Shown here: positions 1 through 7,357 of the stretch, one piece after another
Layout of the letters: each line of letters opens with the position of its first letter
Numbering within the stretch: position 1 is the stretch's first letter
Origin: Thermoproteota archaeon
GTDB taxonomy: Archaea > Korarchaeota > Korarchaeia > Korarchaeales > Korarchaeaceae
Assembly: GCA_037917625.1 (NCBI GenBank)
Contig: JAVCBY010000005.1
Location: 1 to 11,836, forward strand
DNA: 11,836 nt
Direction of reading: 5' to 3'
Position numbers and translations under genes: made by a program
The notes under the pieces: model-generated
The model's input: the letters and a program-made list of their open reading frames with translations, nothing else
What the model was told of the DNA's origin: nothing
Databases searched by the model: none

Positions 1-2
1 TT

Positions 3-1274
3 AGGGAAGAAGTTGATAGATATGCCTACTCTTATGACTCCTCTGGGGTTGAATATGTTCCAGATGCTATTATAAGGCCAAAGAAACTTGAGGAAGTCTC
101 TATAGTGTTGGAGGTCGCTGATAAATACGGCGTGCCTGTGACTCCCAGGGGCTCCGGCACTTCGCTCGTAGGAGGACCGCTAGCAGTTAAAGGGGGTTTC
201 ATCTTGGATATGCAGGGGATGAATGGAGTCATAGAGAAAGATGATAGCTTGGGCATTATCAGAGTGGAAGCGGGAATTAAACTCAGGGACATCAATAGAT
301 TGATAAACGGGATGTTTTTGCCGATAAATCCTGATGGCATTGGGTTCTCGACGATAGGCGGGATGATAGCTGAGGATGCCGCATCTCCCCTCTCAGTGAG
401 ATATGGGACTATGAGAGATCACGTCAGGGGTTTAGAGGTCGTGATACCTGGGGGACAAATTATATCGTTAGAGCAGCCCGGACCCCCGAGCAGGAGGAAT
501 GCTATGGATTTGATAATCGGGTCTGAGGGGACTCTGGGGGTCATAACTTCAGCCTTAATAGAACTCAGTTACAGGCCCGAGGCCAGAATCTCATATTCCA
601 TAGAACTTAATGACGTCTCGGATTCCCTCGCTATATATGATGCCATTAGGAGAGCGGGTATCGATATCTACGGGTTTGAGGTCTATCATAACTATAAGGA
701 GCTCATTGAAGAGAGGGAGTTCGCCGGAGTTGAGGCCATAGGCTTCTTGGAGATAGCTGGAGCTAGTGAATGCGTTGAGAGGTGGAAAGGAAAAGTCGAG
801 AGTATACTCGCTGAGACAGCTTTGGAGTACAGTGAGGCGGAAGCTGAGGAAGTAGAGGGCATCTGGGTGAGGAGGGAGAAGATATATGAGCTCTGTAAGA
901 GGAGAAAGGTCTCCATGCGGGTGGTTAGTATGCTATCATATCAACATTTAGTGAGGGATATCGTCCAAGAGATAGATAGGACGAGCTCTAGGATGAAGAT
1001 ACCATCTATCACAGTGATAGATCCGCCTTTGGGATGGGTAACCGCGATATTCCTCTACAACTCAAGGGATCCGAAGGAAGTTGAGAGGACTGAGAGAGCT
1101 GCATCCAATCTAATAGAGAATGCGACTTCCCTCGGTGCATCCCTGGGATTCGGAACAGGCGTGGGCATCTACAAATTGGATGAGAATTATGATGAGGGTT
1201 ACCTAAGCATAATGAAAGCCATAAAGGAGGTCCTGGATCCCCATGGAATAATGAACCCTGAGAAGTTGATATGA
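3..1274 (+). CDS. FAD-linked oxidoreductase, GlcD/GlcE/D-2-hydroxyacid dehydrogenase family; 5'-truncated
   Basis: Frame is open from nt 3 (REEVDRYAYSYDSSGVEYVPDAIIRP...), so the true start lies upstream of the window, not at 105. Family motifs: PRGSGTSLVGG, STIGG, LIIGSEGTLGVIT, C-terminal DPHGIMNP. Confidence 0.88.
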   Translation, partial: REEVDRYAYSYDSSGVEYVPDAIIRPKKLEEVSIVLEVADKYGVPVTPRGSGTSLVGGPLAVKGGFILDMQGMNGVIEKDDSLGIIRVEAGIKLRDINRLINGMFLPINPDGIGFSTIGGMIAEDAASPLSVRYGTMRDHVRGLEVVIPGGQIISLEQPGPPSRRNAMDLIIGSEGTLGVITSALIELSYRPEARISYSIELNDVSDSLAIYDAIRRAGIDIYGFEVYHNYKELIEEREFAGVEAIGFLEIAGASECVERWKGKVESILAETALEYSEAEAEEVEGIWVRREKIYELCKRRKVSMRVVSMLSYQHLVRDIVQEIDRTSSRMKIPSITVIDPPLGWVTAIFLYNSRDPKEVERTERAASNLIENATSLGASLGFGTGVGIYKLDENYDEGYLSIMKAIKEVLDPHGIMNPEKLI

Positions 1275-1283
1275 GGTGATCCC

Positions 1284-2363
1284 TTGGGGATAGAATTCGA
1301 AGAAGAGCTTTCTTCGGACCTCTCTAGGTGCATAGGTTGTGGTGGGTGCAATATACCCTGCCCGCTCTTCAACGTGGACCAGATCGAGAGCTCAGGCATG
1401 AGATCAAGGATTAAGATCTTATCAATGCTCTCTAAGGGAAAAGTAGAACTGACAGAGGGTATCCTTAGGCATGTGTTCGCTTGTGCTAACTGTGGAGTCT
1501 GTAATGATTATTGTCCAGTGGGATTACGCCCCTTCGACTTACTCGTTAGGGCTAGGGGGTCTTTCATCGACATGGGCTACGTCCCCTTGGTAACTGTGGA
1601 TATAAGGAACTCTTTCAGGAGAGTGGGAACTCCTATAGGGGATGAGCTCATTAAGGGCAGCTGGCTACCACCCGATTTCCAGCCCAAGAGTAACTCTGAG
1701 ATCCTATTCTTCGCTGGATGTTGGATGCATAAGGCCATAGAGGTTGCCTTGGATACGATGAAACTCCTCAGAAAGATTTCCGAGGACGTCACGACTATGG
1801 GCCCAACTGAACCTTGTTCAGGCGCTCTTCTATATATACTAGGGGAGAAGGACCTCGCTGATGACTCGAAGAGGAATTTAGAGGGTCTACTCTCAGAGCT
1901 CAACCCTAAGCGTGTTGTCTCCGGATGTTCACTCACGGCTAGGATTTACTCAGATATCGATTTCATAAATCTATCCTCTTACATCCTCGATGCTATACGC
2001 TCCGAAAAGATAAAGTTCGGTAAGATGAAGGGAAAGGATATTATACTACCGATACCATCATGCGGGAGAGATAACTCACTCTTGGAGATTTTGAAGAATC
2101 TCAATGGTATGAAGATCCTCGAGGCTCCAGAATGGCTCTGTTGTGATTGCGGTTTCACCCTGATCTATAGGACCGATAGGAATCTCTTCTCCAGGTGGGT
2201 CCAGAGGGTGCTATCGCTGGCAGAGGAACTAAGGGCGAATCACATAGTAATAGAAGATGTCGGATGTTATGCGATGATAACAGAGACTATGCAAACAAAA
2301 GGAAGGCTTAAAGGGATAAAAATTTCACATATATCCGGATTTATAATGGAGCTTTTGAAATAG
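1284..2363 (+). CDS. Fe-S oxidoreductase, GlcF/HdrD-like (two 4Fe-4S motifs plus degenerate CCG domains)
   Basis: CIGCGGCNIPCP and CANCGVCNDYCP ferredoxin motifs; CCG-domain remnants FFAGC, EPCSG, LCCDCG. SD GAGGTGA (1273-1279) overlaps the upstream stop and precedes the TTG start. Confidence 0.85.
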   Translation: MGIEFEEELSSDLSRCIGCGGCNIPCPLFNVDQIESSGMRSRIKILSMLSKGKVELTEGILRHVFACANCGVCNDYCPVGLRPFDLLVRARGSFIDMGYVPLVTVDIRNSFRRVGTPIGDELIKGSWLPPDFQPKSNSEILFFAGCWMHKAIEVALDTMKLLRKISEDVTTMGPTEPCSGALLYILGEKDLADDSKRNLEGLLSELNPKRVVSGCSLTARIYSDIDFINLSSYILDAIRSEKIKFGKMKGKDIILPIPSCGRDNSLLEILKNLNGMKILEAPEWLCCDCGFTLIYRTDRNLFSRWVQRVLSLAEELRANHIVIEDVGCYAMITETMQTKGRLKGIKISHISGFIMELLK

Positions 2364-3729
2364 TTTCACTGAGAGCGAACGCCTCATCCTTAATGCGCCT
2401 CAGGGACGATGAATTGCCTACAGAGGCATAAACGAATCCTGAAACCTCCGCTTCCTCCTCATCTATTATCAACCTTCCGTCTAGGAACAGTACAGGGTCC
2501 TTACCAGCCAACTCCCTCATTCTCCTGAGATTCATCCCCTTGAACTCGCTATGATCACTCACTATCACTATCGCATCAGCTTCCTTCACGGCTTCCTCGA
2601 GTTTATCATAAAACTCCGCCCCGAAAGATTCCCTCACGATAGGATCGTGGACTTTCACTCTATAACCTCTCCTCATCAACTCATCTATTAGGTATTTAGC
2701 GGGGGATTCTCTTGTATCAGCCACATCCCCTTTATAGGTCACGCCGAGAACGCAGACGATCCCGCTCCCTGAGTTCTTCCATCTGAGGAAGTCATCTATT
2801 AGATTTGCATAATGAATGGGCATCGATTCATTTAACTCCCTAGCTACGTTCATTAACTCGGGTGAATATCCATTCTCCCTCGAAACCCAAGACAAGAACA
2901 GAGGATCCTTCGTGAGACAGCTCCCACCGACTCCTATACCGGGTAAAAGCATGTTCACTCTAGGATGCTTATTGACGAGCTCCCTGACCTTCCTGACATC
3001 GCTGCCAAGAGCCTCGCAAATTCTCGCTACTTCGTTAGCGAAAGCTATGTTCACATCCCTATAAGCGTTCTCGACGAGTTTAGCTATCTCCGCGGTGAGA
3101 GGATCTGTCATCTCTATTTCACCTTTAACGAAACATTCATATAATATTTTTGATAGTTCTGCGGATGTGGGATCCTTCGCACCGATCACTCTGTAATTGA
3201 ATATCAATTCATCTATTAATTTCCCGGGCATCGCTCTCTCGGGGCAGTAGGATACGAAAACGTCCTTCCCGGGCCTAAGGCCAGCTCTGCTTATCTCGCT
3301 GAGCAGGATATCGAAGGTCTTGGGAGGTAGAGTGCTCTCAACTACTATTAGTCCTCCCTTATTTATCGTAGATGATGCAAGCCTTATAGCGTCTATCAGC
3401 ATCCCTAGCTCCATAGTCCCATTGACCTTGGGTGTGGGGACCGCTACTATTATTACATCGGATCCCCTCAGCCTCCTCCTGTCATCAGATGGGAAGTATC
3501 TAGACCCTAAGTTTTTTATCAAGAGATCTCTAACTTTTTTCTCATTTCTTAGCCTAGTTATTCCGTTTGATAGTTCCTCAATGAGTTTAGAGTCCACATC
3601 ATAACCTATGACACTGAACCCTGAATCCGCCAATAGGAGCGAGAGGGGGAGGCCTATATATCCCTGGCCTATCACCGATATACGGGCCTCCCTACTGAAT
3701 ATCTTATCCTTGAGCTCACAGGGATTCAT
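2341..3729 (-). CDS. wecC: Nucleotide-sugar dehydrogenase, UDP-N-acetyl-D-mannosamine dehydrogenase (WecC)-like
   Basis: Rossmann GQGYIG, VESTLPP, CPERAMPG, KLVENAYRDVNIAFANE, GVGGSCLTKDP with catalytic Cys, YKGDVADTRESP. Exact substrate (ManNAc vs GlcNAc) is inferred. Confidence 0.85.
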   Translation of the reverse strand: MNPCELKDKIFSREARISVIGQGYIGLPLSLLLADSGFSVIGYDVDSKLIEELSNGITRLRNEKKVRDLLIKNLGSRYFPSDDRRRLRGSDVIIVAVPTPKVNGTMELGMLIDAIRLASSTINKGGLIVVESTLPPKTFDILLSEISRAGLRPGKDVFVSYCPERAMPGKLIDELIFNYRVIGAKDPTSAELSKILYECFVKGEIEMTDPLTAEIAKLVENAYRDVNIAFANEVARICEALGSDVRKVRELVNKHPRVNMLLPGIGVGGSCLTKDPLFLSWVSRENGYSPELMNVARELNESMPIHYANLIDDFLRWKNSGSGIVCVLGVTYKGDVADTRESPAKYLIDELMRRGYRVKVHDPIVRESFGAEFYDKLEEAVKEADAIVIVSDHSEFKGMNLRRMRELAGKDPVLFLDGRLIIDEEEAEVSGFVYASVGNSSSLRRIKDEAFALSETISKAPL

Positions 3730-3835
3730 TTAAGGTCCTAAATACGAGCCATCGACTCCCTCAAAAATGGTGCTATTGAAACAGATGAAATCAATGAAAT
3801 CGTTTTCTAACGATATTTTAGGGAGTATTAATCCA

Positions 3836-4039
3836 TTATACGAGAGTCCCTTGCCTCTCTCTGACCTTCAGTCTCGTTATATAGCCAGCTATTCTATTCC
3901 TGTACACCTTAGATTTTATCTCAGCTATCTGAGATAGGATCATCTTATTATGCTCAAAGTCCTCAGTCCATAGGTCAGGGTACTGTTTAACGAGCTTGTA
4001 TGCCACTCTCTTTATCGCCCTCTCTCTTACCGTCCCCAT
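3836..4039 (-). CDS. rps17e: 30S ribosomal protein S17e (eS17)
   Basis: MGTVRERAIKR...TEDFEHNK...SKVYRNRIAGYITR matches the S17e signature; 67 aa; GAGG SD-like site upstream. Confidence 0.96.
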   Translation of the reverse strand: MGTVRERAIKRVAYKLVKQYPDLWTEDFEHNKMILSQIAEIKSKVYRNRIAGYITRLKVRERQGTLV

Positions 4040-4066
4040 ACCGATCCTCGGGTTGGAGCATCAGTC

Positions 4067-4074
4067 ATTATTAA
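4067..4074 (-). promoter_or_regulatory. Putative TATA box for rps17e
   Basis: TTAATAAT on the minus strand, 28-35 nt upstream of the ATG at 4039. Confidence 0.45.
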
Positions 4075-4093
4075 GCGTTACCGATGAGGGGGC

Positions 4094-4108
4094 GAAGAGA
4101 TTATATTT
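4094..4108 (+). promoter_or_regulatory. Putative BRE-TATA for the structured RNA / dnaG-pelota transcript
   Basis: Purine-rich GAAGAGA followed by TTATATTT (4101-4108), ending 22 nt before the hairpin starts at 4131. Confidence 0.6.
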
Positions 4109-4130
4109 AGCGACAAGTGACGTATTAATA

Positions 4131-4217
4131 CCGCCCGCCACCAAATGACCCCGGAGGTAGAGAGGAAAGCGTGGGCTGATCCGTGACCTCTGGGGACTAG
4201 TTGGCGGGCGGACATTG
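4131..4217 (+). ncRNA. Structured RNA, probable archaeal box H/ACA pseudouridylation guide RNA (alternatively a dnaG leader element)
   Basis: Perfect 10-bp stem 4131-4140/4202-4211; internal loop CCAAAUGA/ACUAGU; upper stem 4149-4158/4186-4195 with one G-U pair; GA-rich K-turn-like apical region; ACA at 4212-4214 directly after the stem. Confidence 0.62.
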
Positions 4218-4240
4218 AGTTAAAGGGGAGGATTAGCTTT

Positions 4241-5446
4241 ATGGAGGTTAAGAAGGAAGCTACGCACCCTAAATATATTGCTAAGCTTGAAGTATCGGTA
4301 AATGGTGTTGTGGAGACTAGCGATGTCATAGGAGCGATATTCGGGCAGTTAGAGGGTCTTTTAGGCCCTGAATTGGAGCTTAAAGACCTTCAAAGGACTG
4401 GAAAAATCGGTAGGATAAATATAAGGCTGAGGAGAGAGGGTGAGGGTTCAAAGGGAATAGTTGAGCTCTATTCGGGGCTAGATAAGGTAAGAACTGCCCT
4501 ACTAGTCGCAGCTATGGAGACGATTGACAAAGTCGGTCCGTACCAGGCGAGCTTCAAGCTCATAAAGATAGTGGATGAGAGGGAGGAGAGGAGGAATGAT
4601 ATAGCAAGAAGAGCTGCCGAAATACTGAGGAATTGGTCAATAGAGAAGGAAGATAGCTTCAGAAGGCTCATAGAATTTGTAGAGAAGGAGAGCGCTAAGT
4701 CCAACTTCATACTCTACGGAGAGGAGCAGTTACCGGCTGGCAGAGGGGTAGAGGAGGCATCGGAGATAATAGTAGTAGAGGGAAGAGCCGATGTCATGAA
4801 CTTACTTAAGTATGGCTTTGATAACGTGATAGCCATGGGAGGGGCTTTAGAGAGAGTTCCTAAATCTTTAGAGAAATTAATAGAAGAGAAAGAAGCCATA
4901 GCTTTCGTAGATGGAGATAGAGGTGGTGAAATGGTCCTAAGGACTCTTTTAGAGCAAACAGATATAGATTATGTAGCTAGAGCGCCTGAGGGAAAGGTAG
5001 TGGAGGAATTGACGGCTAAGGAGATAAGAAAAGCTCTCTCATCTGCTGTACCAGCAGAAGAAGTGAGAAGGGAGCTCGAGATATCTCCTCCTAAAGCGAA
5101 GCTCTTTGCTGGACATGAGGCACGTGGAACGGGGCCTGCTAGAGAGGTAAATGAGAGGATAATCAGAGTCCCAGAGATGTTCAGGGGATTTTACGAGAGA
5201 GTCATGAATACTGATAAAGTTCTCCTCCTAGATGAAGATCTCAGAATCCTCAAGGAGACATCGGTCGCGGAGCTCCTGAATGAGTTGAACGAGATGAAGG
5301 GTGTGAGATACATAATATATGACAGGATAGTCACCCAGAGGATAGTTGATAAGGCTTACGAGATCGGTGTTAAGGCGATAGTTGGGAACGTCGCTAGGGA
5401 TATCGTGAGGAAGGGCGCTGGTCTCGCGATTTACACGATACAGTGA
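4241..5446 (+). CDS. dnaG: Archaeal DnaG (TOPRIM primase-like, exosome-associated)
   Basis: VETSDVIGAIFGQLEGLLG...LKDLQRTGKIGRI, AAMETIDKVGP, TOPRIM IIVVEGRADV and FVDGDRGG, IVTQRIVD; SD GGAGG at 4227-4231. Confidence 0.96.
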   Translation: MEVKKEATHPKYIAKLEVSVNGVVETSDVIGAIFGQLEGLLGPELELKDLQRTGKIGRINIRLRREGEGSKGIVELYSGLDKVRTALLVAAMETIDKVGPYQASFKLIKIVDEREERRNDIARRAAEILRNWSIEKEDSFRRLIEFVEKESAKSNFILYGEEQLPAGRGVEEASEIIVVEGRADVMNLLKYGFDNVIAMGGALERVPKSLEKLIEEKEAIAFVDGDRGGEMVLRTLLEQTDIDYVARAPEGKVVEELTAKEIRKALSSAVPAEEVRRELEISPPKAKLFAGHEARGTGPAREVNERIIRVPEMFRGFYERVMNTDKVLLLDEDLRILKETSVAELLNELNEMKGVRYIIYDRIVTQRIVDKAYEIGVKAIVGNVARDIVRKGAGLAIYTIQ

Positions 5447-5458
5447 TAGGTGGATGAA

Positions 5459-6526
5459 GTGAGGATATTGGAGGAGGACCTCAAGAGAGGTCTCATTAAG
5501 CTCAGAGTAGATAGCTTGAACGATATCTATTGGTTGGCCTCTATAATTGAGAGGGGAGACCTCATTACGATGAAAACACTCAGGAGAGTGAAGCAGGAGG
5601 GGATAAGAGCTGATAGCGGTGAGAGAATTCCCATGATACTGACTATAGAGGTCGATAAAGTGAAGTTAGATCCATATTCATCGAGATTGAGGATATCCGG
5701 AGTTGTAAGGGCTGGTCCGGATAAATTCGGAATCCAGGGGCAACATCATACCTTTTCCATTGATGAGGGATCTTCTCTTACGATAATAAAGAAGGAATGG
5801 AGGAAAACTCACTTAGAGATGCTGAAGAGAGCTGAGAGCATGTCTGAGAAGGGAGAGATCCTTTTAGTAGCTATGGACGATGAAGGTGCTACTATAGCGA
5901 AGGCAGGCTCCATGAGGGTCGAGGAGATCACTTACATAAGATCTAGGTTACCATCTAAGATGGATACGAGAGGAAGGGAGGGGGAGGAGAGGAGGTACTT
6001 CTCAGAAATTCTAGATACCTTAAGGGAGCTTCACTCCAAGATAAATCCCAGAGCGATAGTGATAGGAGGACCCGGCTTCTTCAAAAGTAAGTTCCTTTCC
6101 TACGCGAGGGCCAAGGACCCGGAGATAGGGGAGAAGATGAGAGAGGGGGATGCTGGTAATGCTACACTCTCAGGGGTGTTGGAGATGATAAGGAGAGGGG
6201 AAGCGGATAAGGTGCTGAGGGAGCTAGATCTCGCCAAAGATATGGCTGCTGTTGATGAGATATTCGAGCTCCTATCGAAAAATTCCGATTTAGTAACTTA
6301 CGGAGTTGAGGATGTAATGGAGGCAGTGAATCAAGGCGCTGCTGAGATAGTCCTCATCTCATCCTCAGTATTCTTCAACCCGGATATGAGAGATGAGGTA
6401 TTCTCATTGATCGAGGGATGCGAGAGGACGAGAGCTGAATTCAGGATAATTGACTCGACAAGTGAACCGGGAGAGAAGTTAGATGCCATAGGTGGGATAG
6501 CAGCTAAGCTCAGGTACCGCATCTGA
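5459..6526 (+). CDS. pelA: Pelota / aDom34 ribosome rescue factor
   Basis: [48 protein letters not shown] at 5459 (MRILEED) preferred over 5450 because of SD GGTGG at 5449-5453. Confidence 0.95.
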   Translation: MRILEEDLKRGLIKLRVDSLNDIYWLASIIERGDLITMKTLRRVKQEGIRADSGERIPMILTIEVDKVKLDPYSSRLRISGVVRAGPDKFGIQGQHHTFSIDEGSSLTIIKKEWRKTHLEMLKRAESMSEKGEILLVAMDDEGATIAKAGSMRVEEITYIRSRLPSKMDTRGREGEERRYFSEILDTLRELHSKINPRAIVIGGPGFFKSKFLSYARAKDPEIGEKMREGDAGNATLSGVLEMIRRGEADKVLRELDLAKDMAAVDEIFELLSKNSDLVTYGVEDVMEAVNQGAAEIVLISSSVFFNPDMRDEVFSLIEGCERTRAEFRIIDSTSEPGEKLDAIGGIAAKLRYRI

Positions 6527-6637
6527 CAGTAATATCTTTCGTACTCATAGCAGTGATAATTCTCCCTATTCGAGCTTCATCGAGCGGACCCCTGACTAAG
6601 AGCATAACGAATTAAGAATATAGGAGAGTGTTAGATA

Positions 6638-7348
6638 TCAGAGTTCCCCGCTTAACCTCTCATCAAACCATCTCTTGACACTCTTCAGCTTGAGGATTGC
6701 CTCCTCCACGGCTTCAGTGGGTAGAAGCTTATAACATATGTACAACCCAGTCTTCCCCACGACCCTCCTCTTGGTCAGGATGGTTATCCTTTCCTTAACG
6801 ACTCCCTCGTCGATACCCAATATCCTCGCTGCAGCACCCTCATAACCAATGACGGGGAATATTAGATGACCAGTTTCCACTGGGAAAATAAGTTTCAGCT
6901 CTTTATTCACTCCTGGCTTTCTAATACCTCTTTCCATCTCCTCCAAGCTCACTTTACCACCGAAATCGTAGAATTCCCTCTCGCTCCTTCTGATGGATCC
7001 CAGAGGGATAGAGACGACGAGCTCCTCATCGAAGTGTATATGATATTTCGGTATACTTCTGGGGGATGCTTGAACTATCTCCCTGTAATACGGATTACCC
7101 AATTCATTGGAGAGAATATCCTCTATGAAGGATAGAGGGAGGGAATAATCCAATATTATTACATCGAGATCGCTCTCCTCCCTCACATCACCCCTCGCGA
7201 CACTCCCATAAATGAACCCAGTGATGCCAATTTTCCTCAGAGTCCTCAGGACATGAGCCCCTCTGTCCCTCTTCTTCCTGAGCAACTCCCATCTACCTTC
7301 ATCGTAGACTTCCTCGCCCTCAGGCTTTATATTGAGTGATTCGTACAC
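6638..7348 (-). CDS. Archaeal Pol-beta-superfamily nucleotidyltransferase (COG2413-like), substrate unknown
   Basis: YGSVARGDVREESDLDVII (GS + DxD signature), plus EREFYDFGG and PGVNKEL segments typical of this archaeal family; GTG start uncertain. Confidence 0.8.
   Translation of the reverse strand: MYESLNIKPEGEEVYDEGRWELLRKKRDRGAHVLRTLRKIGITGFIYGSVARGDVREESDLDVIILDYSLPLSFIEDILSNELGNPYYREIVQASPRSIPKYHIHFDEELVVSIPLGSIRRSEREFYDFGGKVSLEEMERGIRKPGVNKELKLIFPVETGHLIFPVIGYEGAAARILGIDEGVVKERITILTKRRVVGKTGLYICYKLLPTEAVEEAILKLKSVKRWFDERLSGEL
7326..7332 (+). promoter_or_regulatory. Putative TATA box for the TtuA-like/proS unit, inside the 5' end of the divergent gene
   Basis: TTTATAT about 26-35 nt upstream of the ATGs at 7358/7361, consistent with a leaderless transcript. 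Confidence 0.45.
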
Positions 7349-7357
7349 CTGATGCAG

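Noticed and set aside
4131-4211. Hairpin as tRNA, SRP RNA, RNase P RNA or intrinsic terminator
   Set aside because: No cloverleaf or T-loop, too short and lacking SRP/RNase P motifs, no U-tract, and it lies between divergent genes just after a TATA box.
4078-4329. 83-aa minus-strand ORF over the hairpin and the dnaG start
   Set aside because: Antisense to dnaG and the structured RNA, with no recognisable motifs.
6510-6605. 31-aa minus-strand ORF (MLLVRGPLDEARIGRII...) and a hammerhead-like ATGAG...GAAA
   Set aside because: No SD and it overlaps the pelota 3' end; the CUGANGA core and required stems of a hammerhead are absent.
6638-7348. NTase as an MNT-HEPN antitoxin or CBASS cyclase
   Set aside because: About twice the size of a minimal MNT, with no HEPN, effector or other defence gene adjacent.
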